A DNA stretch of 63,604 bases, counting the filler, from Octopus bimaculoides (taxonomy: Eukaryota), in NCBI RefSeq assembly GCF_001194135.2. It is 6 parts of 6 records of this genome, joined end to end, with 100 filler letters (N's around TTAATTAATTAA, not from the genome) between each part and the next. Parts side by side here need not be neighbours in the genome. Positions count along the whole stretch, not along the records: positions 40,861 to 54,891 come from NC_068990.1; positions 54,992 to 59,882 come from NC_068988.1; positions 59,983 to 62,501 come from NW_026344770.1; positions 62,602 to 63,604 come from NW_026314586.1; 2 more parts are not named here. The stretch is one strand, 5' to 3'. Position 1 is the first letter of the stretch; each line of letters opens with the position of its first letter. Below are positions 52,247 through 63,604 of the stretch, in pieces. The translations under genes and the position numbers were made by a program. The notes beneath the pieces are model-generated. The model did no database searches and was not told where the DNA came from. It worked only from the letters and a program-made list of their open reading frames with translations.

Positions 52247-52779
52247 AACAACAAACAAGATGAGGACAAATATCTGTCAAATGTAAATAATGTAGATAAT
52301 TCCTCATCTCTTAAACATAGACCTGTAAAATTATTTTTTGGCTTAAATAACCGCTCATGGGCAGTAATATGGAAATAAAATATTTCACCTGGGAAAAACA
52401 AAGATATTCTCAAAAACCCTATTTATTTTATACAATTCCACTGAACTTCTATCGTTTGAGTTATCAGATATTATAGACATAAAGAAACTGAAACAGACTG
52501 AAAAGAAAGTAGCATATTAAAAGATATTCTCAAGATAACAATGGATCTATTTAGGAAATATTGAAAATTAAACTGTTGAAAACATGAATAGAAGCCTCGT
52601 AGGAACAAATAATGTCCTTGGACATTTAGGGTAGAATAATAACCGAATAGTTTCAAGTTAAATATCACGAATTTCTTCATTTGTTGCTTGGCCATAATAT
52701 CAGAGCAAATTTCACTTACTTGTATCTCATCTTCTTCTTCAATTTTGTCTCATTATGTGCATCTGGTGCATTTACCTCA

Positions 52780-54083
52780 AGGCCAGACAAAAAAAAAAAC
52801 TGAGTTGAGTTGAAGAGTCTACACACTTCTACAGACTGTAGAAGAATCTACAATCTGTCCACGAGGATCAATTCCACAACAGTCAAAAGCACGCTTTATA
52901 GTTTCTTTATTTAAAGTGGAAACAGCTTGGTTCACTATTTCTTGATAAAAAGGTTTTTTTTTGCGATATCCTTTACTTGTAAACTCCTTTTTGCCATTTG
53001 AAAACCAATTCTCCCATTCAGCACGAAGGGCTTTCTTCAAAGGACCAATAATTGATACATCTAACGGCTGCAAATAAGATGTTGTTTTAGTGGGTATAAG
53101 TTTGAGAATTGTATTCCTACATTTGAACACTTCTAGGAGCTCTGTTTTCGTGTGTGCTCAGCATTCATCCATGAATAACACTGAATTTTGAGCTTGGAAT
53201 GGTTAGCCCACAGCTGCACGAGTTCATATGTGATTGATCCCTTGTTGGAGACTGTTAAGTAAATATTCTTTGGGACCTCGGTTTTAGGTACGTTTTTCAA
53301 TCCTTTAAGGATAATCATTGTTTTCAACACCTTTCCTGCAGCATTAACACACAACACAGCAGTAAAACGAGCTTTGGTAGCACCACAGTGGCTGGCATCT
53401 ACATTTTTATTGCTGACAATCTATGGTTGTTGAAGTCAACATGTCAACGTATACAGGTGTTTCATGCATATTATGAATCTGGTCAGCATCCTTATCTGCT
53501 GTTAATCCTGGAATGCTATCCAGATAATCCCTGGCGATTTATGCCTTTTCTCCAAGTGTTTTATTGTCTGCTTGACCAACATGTGTAATCTTTCTCGCAG
53601 TCAGTTTATTCCGTTTCATGAAATTGAAAATCCATTTATCAGAACATCTAAAGCCGTTCATTTCAATTCAAAACTATATTCCCGTAAACGGCGATAATTT
53701 ACAATTATATTGTTTGCACGCTGTAAGAGTTCAGTCTTTAGATATCTGAGTGTTGGTCTTCTGCCTCCACCAATTGCTCTGCGCCTCCTCTTGTCTGACT
53801 CAGTTTCTTTTGGGCACCATTCTCTCAATCGTTTTCTGACACAGCAGATAAATTGCTAGAATGTTCTTTCACTCGTTTAATAGCACTTAATTTTTTCACT
53901 AATGGTATATGATCGTTGAACCCGTTTTCATATATATTCAAAATCCTTTGAATTTGTTTACAGACGAAGAGCAAATGGACGTCTGGAAAGAAGGCAAACA
54001 AGAACCCTAACTCCGTTTCGACTTATAATAAACGCCCATGCACGATCGAATGGAAGGGCGGGTTTTCGGAAAAACCCCGGTAC
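52780..54083 (-). mobile_element. pogo/Tigger-family DNA transposon relic
   Basis: CENP-B-type HTH remnants (KWIFNFMKRNKLTARKITH), MLCVNAAGKVLKTMIILKG, and DDE motif LIPTKTTSYLQPLDVSIIGPLKKALR..W...IKRAFDCCGI; frameshifted. Confidence 0.88.
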
Positions 54084-54509
54084 TAGAAACAACAGCCAAA
54101 TCTCACAAAACTGCGATAACATAATGAAAGAAACATCTAATCAATCTACTCACCTTTCTGCAAAGATTCCCGCAGTAATTATGACAAAGTAATTTATGTG
54201 AAATTAAAGTTCATTTTTTTGTTTTTTGTTTTGAAAGTCACAAAAAATATGATCGCAGAAATAACAGCAATCTCTTTTGCAAAAAGAAAAGTCAAAATAG
54301 CAAAGAAATACTGTGACAAACGCAAAACATCGTGTGTTTGTGGAATTAATTACATATTTCTTTCCTAATAATACAAGTCCGATGAAGGATTTCAGTCAGG
54401 TCGCTCATGTGTTCATAAACGGCTGCTGGTAAGAATGTGGAATACATTCGAATAGCACGGTTCGAATGCGTAATACATAGAGTTGAACAACAACAACAAC
54501 AACAACAAC

Positions 54510-54547
<38 letters not shown>

Positions 54548-54563
54548 TAATAATAATAACAAC

Positions 54564-54891
54564 ATACTAGCAGAGCCAGAGACAATGCCTGAATGGCTCA
54601 CGAAAGGGGAAACCATCTTAATCCCCAAATCCACGGAAACAGAGAAACCACAAAACTATAGACCTATAACCTGTCTCCCTACGATCTACAAAGCCTTTAC
54701 TGCAACAATATCGCAGAGATTGAGTAAGCACCTGGAAAATAACAACCTGTTTCCAGAAGAGCAGAAGGGATGCTGCAAGGGCTCATACGGCTGTAAAGAT
54801 CAATTATTGATCAATAAAGCCATAACTGAAGACAGCCGCAGAAAGAAGAAAGGCCTCAGTATGGCCTGGGTGGACTACCAAAAGGCTTTTG
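54564..54891 (+). mobile_element. R4/Dong-type RT fragment (domains 0-3) starting directly after (AAC)n(AAT)n; rest in gap
   Basis: PEWLTKGETILIPK...NYRPITCLPTIYK...EEQKGC...GCKDQLLI...LSMAWVDYQKAF; uninterrupted. Confidence 0.9.
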
Positions 54892-54991
54892 NNNNNNNNN
54901 NNNNNNNNNNNNNNNNNNNNNNNNNNNNNNNNNNNTTAATTAATTAANNNNNNNNNNNNNNNNNNNNNNNNNNNNNNNNNNNNNNNNNNNN

Positions 54992-55043
<52 letters not shown>

Positions 55044-56262
55044 CTCTCTACCTCTCTCTCTCACACAACTATTGTGAGGATATGTGCGAGTGTGTGAGTA
55101 TATGTATATATATATATATATATTTGTGTGTGTGAGTGAGTGTGTGTGTTTGTGTGTGTATAAACACATACACACGCTCTCAAGTATAATTGCGTGCATG
55201 TCTCCCTGCGTAAACGTCTGTGTATGTGTGTGTGCGAGTATGTGTGTATGAATATGTGTATGTGTGCATGTTTGTGTGTCTGTGCGTGTGTGTGTATGCG
55301 TGAGGTGAGGTTGTGTACACGTGCGTGCATATATACGTTAGACGAAGGAGAAATCTATCATCCGAAAATAACTCACGACCCCGGAACTTAATGTCTTAGC
55401 GTATTCAATTTCAAGTTCCTAGGTTGTGAGTTCAGATTCTTCTCTAGGTATCATATCGATGCACATTTCCTAATTACAGCGAAAGTAAACTTAACTTTCA
55501 AAGCGGTAAGTTTGTATTGAATTCAGCTTTTGGTACCCATTTTCAACGATACAAGTGTTTTAAGGAAGCTTTTAAATAGAAAATTTTAGATTTTTTTCTA
55601 TTCATGGTATATCAATTATCTTTTTATCTCACCGATTTGTTTCCTACTGTGTCTAAATACATGCGACAATGTATGTATACACTCACACACACACTCACAC
55701 TCACACACTCACACACACACTCACACTCACACACTCNNNNNNNNNNNNNNNNNNNNNNNNNNNNNNNNNNNNNNNNNNNNNNNNNNNNNNNNNNNNNNNN
55801 NNNNNNNNNNNNNNNNNNNNNNNNNNNNNNNNNNNNNNNNNNNNNNNNNNNNNNNNNNNNNNNNNNNNNNNNNNNNNNNNNNNNNNNNNNNNNNNCTCTC
55901 TCTCTGTCTCTCTCTCTCTCTCTGTCTCTCTCTCTCTCTCTGTCTCTCTCTTTCTCTGTCTCTCTGTCTGTGTCTGTCTCTGTGTCTCTCTCTGTGCCTC
56001 TCTCTCTGTCTCTCTCTCTGTCTCTCTGTCTGTTTGTCTCTCTCTGTCTCTCTCTGTCTCTATCTCTCTTTCTCTCTCTGTCTCTCTCTCTCTGTCTCTC
56101 TCTGTCTCTCTCTCTCTGTGTGTCTCTCTCTACTTCTCTAATTGTCAAGTCATGTATGTATGTATGCATGTATGTATGTATGTATGTATGTATGTATGTA
56201 TGTATGTATCTATCTATCTATCTATCTATAAATGTATATATATATATTTATGTATGTGTGCG

Positions 56263-56367
<105 letters not shown>

Positions 56368-57318
56368 GTGTGTGTGTGCTTATAAATATGTACATTTGTA
56401 TATATATGTGTGTTTTAAATCCACCTTAATTTACTGTCTAATATCTAACCTAATCATTATTAATGTCACTGAAATCTGATGTACCGAGGCTAATGATCAA
56501 ATAAAAACTTCCATTAAGGTCCAACTAAATATAGAGCTATAAAAATATGAATATAAAGGGAAGCAGCAAATGAAACAACTAGACACTGTCCCATACCAGG
56601 CAATACAAGAATCTTGAAAATAATAAGATATCAGATGAAAACACCACCAGTTTTAATAAACATAGTCCCAGCCAGCCAAAAATGGAACATAGAAATAATT
56701 ACATTCACAAAAAAACGACTGTTTTCTTTTCTTTATCGAAATTCCATCACCTCACCAGATGTTCTAGTGGACCATTAAATTTCGATACCTAGGAGAACCA
56801 TTCGATCCACTGAGGTAGATTAGATTTAGCATCAATCGTTTGATAATCATATATAAATCAATATTGATTTCGATTTAAGTTACACATCCGCGGGTATACA
56901 AGAACGGGAAAACAGAAGGCTAATATAACAGATGTTGCTTTTCCCCTAAAATTAAATGTTGTTGATGTTGATTATTGATTGCTGTTGAAAGAAACATATT
57001 ACTAGAACAGCGGAATGAGGCTTCATGTGGCTTGTTAATGTAGGTCCCATTATCTCAGTTCTTTCCCTATATTTCAATAGCTTGTATATACTAATAAAAA
57101 CGTGTTGATAGAGGAAATTTAAGCTTGAGCTGAATTAATAAATATCTTGTATTTAAATACACTTGAATAGATAAATGAGGATCTTGAGAATAAGATCTAC
57201 AGAATAAGATTGTATGGTCAGTTTTGAATATTTTCTGTGGAGTCAAAGAACTGGAATATTTGAACTTCAATTAACATTTTGCGACGCCAACCATTCTGGT
57301 GTAAAGATCATAACATAC

Positions 57319-57355
57319 CTTCTCTTTTATCATTCCCTGTTATGAGGCTTTGCAC
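57319..57355 (-). other. Candidate 37-nt exon
   Basis: Minus ...aatcctttctcttatag|GTGCAAAG...AGAGAAG|gtatgt; strong acceptor and donor. Confidence 0.3.
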
Positions 57356-57693
57356 CTATAAGAGAAAGGATTATTCTCTGTTATTCTGACAGTCAAAGAT
57401 AAAACATTAATTACTTTATTACAATAGTGACAATAGTTGTGACCAATCACCAACAATGGACTGTCTAAAAATTTGTTTAGTCATTAAACTATTCCATTTA
57501 TAAACTAGTTACGGCATTTTAAAATGAAGTAGTGGTTCCGTCATTATTTCTCTACTGAGTAGCATTGTTCGACACAGAGTTTGTAAAAATGGGAGACACT
57601 GACACGGTGGAAAGAGAAAGAGAATGAGAGAAAGAGAGAGAGAGAGAAACAGAGAGAGATAGAGAGAGAGAGAGAGCGAGAGAGAGAGAGAGA

Positions 57694-57768
<75 letters not shown>

Positions 57769-58639
57769 CACTCCAGCTCCACATTAACATTTCTTGAAAC
57801 TATCATAGAATATAAGTACATGAAGATAATTACACTTAACATTGAGAACGTTGGACACACTTTGCAATATTTCACACCATTTTGCTTTGTGAGAGAAACA
57901 CTTTACTATCTGATCAGCGCTGTAGAGTAAATGCAACTTTTATGAACGTCACCTTCTGCTAATTAATAGGAACTGGTAAGTGTGATATTGGTTTTATAAT
58001 TATCATCTTATTTACCGAACGTGGTTCTTATAATATAATCACATCATATGATATAATCGGTTAAGGTTGATCTTGAGATAACAAAAACATCGACAATACC
58101 AACAACACAAAATGCAGTAAATAATAAGGTAGTTTTTACGCAGCTCCTCGGATTGCTGGAAATACTGCCACTGCCAAATCTCTCTTGCAGAGTGAAAGAA
58201 TATATTAGATAATTTAGTCTCCGAAATCCTTAAAAATGATAAGATTCAATATTGTGGAACTCTTTATTTCCTAGGTTAGGTCTTCTCAATTATAACTGCC
58301 TCCAACAAAACAATTGAATATTTAAATCTAATGAGGTTGTTCAGTCTAATTGCTAATTCACAATTTCGTCAGAAGTGATTGTATCCTTTGTTGATTTGAG
58401 TTCTCTAACATAAATGCTAGTATATAATATTGCTTTTTGCTGGGATTTAGGTCCAGTCAGCCTTGACGAGCAGAGCAATGATTGAAAGGAATTTCAGCTT
58501 TGTTCAGCTATTGGGAATTCTGGACCTCATAATCCAGTACTCTCCATTTAGAGATGGTGTTGGAGGGCTTGCTTATATACATATATACAAGCATAAACAT
58601 ATACATATATACATGTATGCATATACATGTGATATATTA

Positions 58640-59690
58640 ATGAGTATGCAGTGTTTTATTATTAACTTTTGAATGATGAAATAATGTATTTCACTCATAA
58701 AAATATTAGTTAAATTAATTTCAATCGTACTTTGTTTTGGAAAACATTTTGTAAGGTTTGAACTTTCATTATAGTAATATTTATTGAAGACCGATGCGAT
58801 TATAATTGATATTGATTTAAAGATGGATCGCAATTTAGCATATAATTTAGTTATTGCAGTTTATTATTAATACCGATACAATGTACATTGGTTTAAATGT
58901 CAATTGTTGTAGTTATAGTAAGGTTAGTGCTTAATCCTGCCTATTTATTGATTGATTGAAAGAATGTGGTTATTAAGCTTTAGTTTTATACTACACAACG
59001 GAAGATGGTAGGGATTACAATTTTTTATGACTTAATAGAGTTGTCGCTGTTTAGTTACGTATTCAGGAGTGATTGTAACTTACTTATGGAATATATTTAT
59101 CGATATGGTTGTACATTGGGTAAATGTGTTTGAAAGTTGTGGTTTCTTTGGTTTGCTTGTTTGTTCCCAAACAACACTTATTTTAGTGCTGTTGAAACCG
59201 CCGGATTAAATAATACTGTCCAGGTGTCGAAACCATAATGTTATCCGTGGAGCAGCTGATGATGGAGGCATGCTGGACTGTTGGTATAGCTATTTTTGTC
59301 TATTCGATATGGATTAGTATTATTGCATTGTTGGTATGCCTGTGGAATAGTATTATAACACATCCTTTTGATATATATACTTATAAAATTAAGGACACAA
59401 TCATTAAAATGATCATATCAGTGGCTAGTATAGAAAAAGTGATATATCAGTAAAATTAATCTCTATTTCAACTGAAGATTGCAAAGCAATTCTATTGCAG
59501 AGCATGAAATCTTATGACATAAGATTATCCGAATTTTTCGAATCTTCTTACCCATTACCTCGCATCCAACTCAAGGCTATAATCAGAGGAGGAATTTAAA
59601 GTGGATCGTAGGTATTTGACATCTACTTTTAGCGCATAGGCGCTGACACTACAGAACCCTTAATTATAATTTTATTTTATAATTATATAC
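58640..59690 (-). mobile_element. Possible highly decayed Penelope-like element
   Basis: Only vague motif echoes (LNNHILS, HRSSIN); no continuous frame. Confidence 0.3.
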
Positions 59691-59743
59691 TTAAATATGT
59701 ATATATATTCACAAAGAGGAGATTCACAAAGACGATTGTCTCT

Positions 59744-59882
59744 TTGCAACTGGTCAGCTACTGGGAAAGGCTGAAACAGCTAAGACTCTACTCCCTGGAG
59801 AGAAGGCGGGAGAGGTATGCAGTAATATACATCTGGAAGATCCTGGAAGGAATTGTGCCAAATTTTGGCATTGAAAGCTACA
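59744..59882 (+). mobile_element. CR1/L2-group LINE C-terminal fragment
   Basis: SYWERLKQLRLYSLERRRERYAVIYIWKILEG matches YxERLxxLxLxSLExRR. Confidence 0.8.
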
Positions 59883-60069
59883 NNNNNNNNNNNNNNNNNN
59901 NNNNNNNNNNNNNNNNNNNNNNNNNNTTAATTAATTAANNNNNNNNNNNNNNNNNNNNNNNNNNNNNNNNNNNNNNNNNNNNTATATATGTATATATATA
60001 TATATATTGATAATAATATGACAACAAAAGAATGAATGAGACCTCGATATTATGAAAATAGAGGAATTT

Positions 60070-60213
60070 GGGCTTCTGTCAGTTTCAAATCCACTCACAA
60101 GGCTTTGGTCAGCCCGAGGCTAAAGTAGAAGGCACTTGCCTAAGGTGCCCCACAGTGGGACTGAACTCGGACCCATGTGGTTGGGAAGCAAACTTCCAAC
60201 CACACACCCATGC
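60070..60213 (-). mobile_element. SINE family B head
   Basis: Reverse complement of the 17622 head. Confidence 0.8.
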
Positions 60214-61196
60214 TTGACAGTGGCTGAGTATACCTCAGGCACGTGTACCCGAATCAAAATTTTTAGATTGAATCAGTATTACACAATATGTGACAAAGCT
60301 GCAATATTTAATATTAAAAGTACAATTCGCCCTACAAGTTTCCATACACTTTCTGTTTATCCATTTTTTCATTCATAAGACTTGGATCGATCCGAAGGTT
60401 TGGTAAAAAGATACATACACAAAATACTACAAGTGAGATCGAACCCCAGATCTCATAATTACTAATTGGACTTATAAACCAATCAGCTGTGCCTCCCTTC
60501 GTTAAAGAGAAACCACCTGTGAGATATAATCTGTATAAGACCTCACTGCAGAGTGGAGATTCGTAGTCTATTTTCCCCTTGTTCCCACTCTTTCTACAAG
60601 AACTAAGCAGCTAAGATAGAGGGGTAGTAAGACCCTTAACTCGTTCAGTTTCCTCCCTTAGGGCCGTCTTAACTGAAAAAAGATAACTTTATCTAAGCAC
60701 ATAAAGATATTAGTCATTTATGCGGATAAACAAATTACACACATTAAATATATTAAATATAACAGTCTGGGAATGAAATACAAAATATATATATGTGTGT
60801 ATTCATGCAATCGACTTAATCCCTTTCCCTAAATATGAAGCCTTGTGCTTCCAGTAGAAAAAAAAATTATTAAGCGTCGGGTACATCAAAGACGTCAGTC
60901 TTGGCTCCGGAGGAATCAACGATGGAACGGTGAATATCGGCCGAGAAGATCATTCAATAAATAATTAAAAATACAAAAGAAATGTGTAGAGCTTTTTTCC
61001 TATGTATTGTTTTTAACAGGGGCACGGGTATAGCAGTGTGGTTTAGAAGCTTGCCTTGCATCCAGGTAGTGGCACCTTGGACAGATGTTTTCTACTAATA
61101 GGTCCCGAGCCGATCAATCACATGTGAGTGAATGCGGAATGTGGCAGACGGATATTGTGTGGAAACCCGTTGATATACATATACGCATATACATTA

Positions 61197-61288
<92 letters not shown>

Positions 61289-61954
61289 NNNNNNNNNNNN
61301 NNNNNNNNNNNNNNNNNNNNNNNNNNNNNNNNNNNNNNNNNNNNNNNNNNNNNNNNNNNNNNNNNNNNNNNNNNNNNNNNNNNNNNNNNNNNNNNNNNNN
61401 NNNNNNNNNNNNNNNNNNNNNNNNNNNNNNNNNNNNNNNNNNNNNNNNNNNNNNNNNNNNNNNNNNNNNNNNNNNNNNNNNNNNNNNNNNNNNNNNNNNN
61501 NNNNNNNNNNNNNNNNNNNNNNNNNNNNNNNNNNNNNNNNNNNNNNNNNNNNNNNNNNNNNNNNNNNNNNNNNNNNNNNNNNNNNNNNNNNNNNNNNNNN
61601 NNNNNNNNNNNNNNNNNNNNNNNNNNNNNNNNNNNNNNNNNNNNNNNNNNNNNNNNNNNNNNNNNNNNNNNNNNNNNNNNNNNNNNNNNNNNNNNNNNNN
61701 NNNNNNNNNNNNNNNNNNNNNNNNNNNNNNNNNNNNNNNNNNNNNNNNNNNNNNNNNNNNNNNNNNNNNNNNNNNNNNNNNNNNNNNNNNNNNNNNNNNN
61801 NNNNNNNNNNNNNNNNNNNNNNNNNNNNNNNNNNNNNNNNNNNNNNNNNNNNNNNNNNNNNNNNNNNNNNNNNNNNNNNNNNNNNNNNNNNNNNNNNNNN
61901 NNNNNNNNNNNNNNNNNNNNNNNNNNNNNNNNNNNNNNNNNNNNNNNNNNNNNN

Positions 61955-61995
<41 letters not shown>

Positions 61996-62437
61996 ATTAT
62001 GATCTCCTGCCCTTCATGCAATAACTGGTTTCGGACGTTACGTTTCCCGTTTTATACCCTCGCCTGAACCATTGAAAATTTAGATCAATCGTACATGGAA
62101 ATTGTACAAATTATATCCGATTTAATGTCCCATATAAATTCACATTGTTATTTCAGAAAGATCGATACTAAACCGATACTTTCAAAATACAATATAAACT
62201 ACGTTATTACTGCCGAAGCACACAACGATCGAAATAGCCAGAATTTTCTCGGACGATGCCTGCATTCATCCAGTTTTATAATAATGATGACGATGATGAC
62301 GACAACAACAATATTAATAATTCCTTTTATTTGCCACAGGGCTATCAGATGAAAGGGACATTAGAAGGATAGTTTAGGGGGTTTTGTATAAAAAGAAAGG
62401 GAGAGGAGGCGGGAATGAGATAAAATGTATACATACA

Positions 62438-62501
62438 GGCGCAGAAGTGGTTGTGTAGTAAGTAGCTTGCTAACCAACCACATGGTTCCGGGTTCAGTCC
62501 C
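62438..62501 (+). mobile_element. SINE family B head (cut by gap)
   Basis: ggcgcagaagtggttgtgtagtaagtagcttgc...gggttcagtccc. Confidence 0.8.
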
Positions 62502-63097
62502 NNNNNNNNNNNNNNNNNNNNNNNNNNNNNNNNNNNNNNNNNNNNTTAATTAATTAANNNNNNNNNNNNNNNNNNNNNNNNNNNNNNNNNNNNNNNNNNN
62601 NTGCATATATACGTTAAGACCTAAAAGTTTTTTATGTGGATGTCTGTATTGACAATGCACATGTATTCGTATGTGTGCGCCTATGCTTATGTATAGAGCC
62701 TATACTTCTGCACATACATGCATGGTTTCGTGTGTGTGCGTCTTTGTATATGCGTGGGTAAGAGTGTATGCTTATATTTACACATACATACATATATTCG
62801 TGTCTGTGCGTCTATGTTACATATGAGAATGTGCGCTCATGCTTATACGCATACATGCTTGAATGTGTGCGTACGCATGTATACAATTATATTTGTGTGT
62901 ATTCGCGTATATATATCCCTATATATCTGTATATGTGATGCTAATATACTTTTTGTATACACATATATACGTAATCCAATTTTGTGTGTGTTTGTTATAT
63001 ACACTCCACTACCTTCTTTCTTTCTTTCTTTCTTTATTTATTTATTTCCTTCTTTCTCTCTTTCTTTCTCTATTTCTTTCTTTCCTTCTTTCTTCCT

Positions 63098-63133
<36 letters not shown>

Positions 63134-63604
63134 TTCTCACGAAAACTATGCTTTCTCCCTTTCTACATTAGTAATGTCCTTTATCTATACGTTACTCTTC
63201 CCAACTCTTACTTTCCCCTCCATTAGTTTAAGATACACTTGCCTGTTCCAACGCTGAATAATTTTCGTATGCGAGCATGATTGCGTGCATATATGTATTT
63301 GTATACATGTGTTTTCGTGCATGTATTTATTTACAATATGTATTTTGAATCCACTTTTCAAATTAAGGTTTTCTTTGATTTTTTAAAATAGGATGAATCT
63401 ATATTGAATTCATTTGTTTTGTTTATTTTGTTCATTGCATACCTAAGACCGTTATTTGAAACGACCAATGAAACAAATCCATGTTTTTTAATTTATATTA
63501 GTTTTGATTGCATCGTCATTTCACTCCCATTTTTAACAAAACTGTCCGATGAATGGGAACGTGAAACTCTGAGTAACAGCATTTTGTTATATTTCTGCTG
63601 CTTT

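Overview
Eukaryotic, AT-rich, microsatellite-saturated scaffold window with many N gaps. Its repeat landscape points to an octopus/cephalopod genome (inference, no search run). I found no intact protein-coding gene: nearly all long entries in the ORF track are microsatellite or N-gap artefacts, and the rest are transposon relics. Recognisable content: (i) several R4/Dong-type REL non-LTR retrotransposon fragments, each abutting (TAA)n or (TGA)n microsatellites and packed with SINEs into 'trains' at 5.7-9.1 kb and 21.8-22.7 kb; (ii) HERO-like, RTE, L1/Tx1, CR1-like and probable Penelope-like relics; (iii) two mariner relics, a pogo/Tigger relic and a hAT end; (iv) at least three tRNA-headed SINE families; (v) a 96-bp palindrome with a Pol III B-box followed by a minimal hammerhead ribozyme motif at 52.0-52.25 kb; (vi) a few low-confidence tiny minus-strand exon candidates, suggesting the window may be intron/5'UTR territory of a long gene. 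The best leads are the microsatellite-targeted retroelement trains with a putative internally deleted (SIDE-like) derivative, and the palindrome-plus-hammerhead element.
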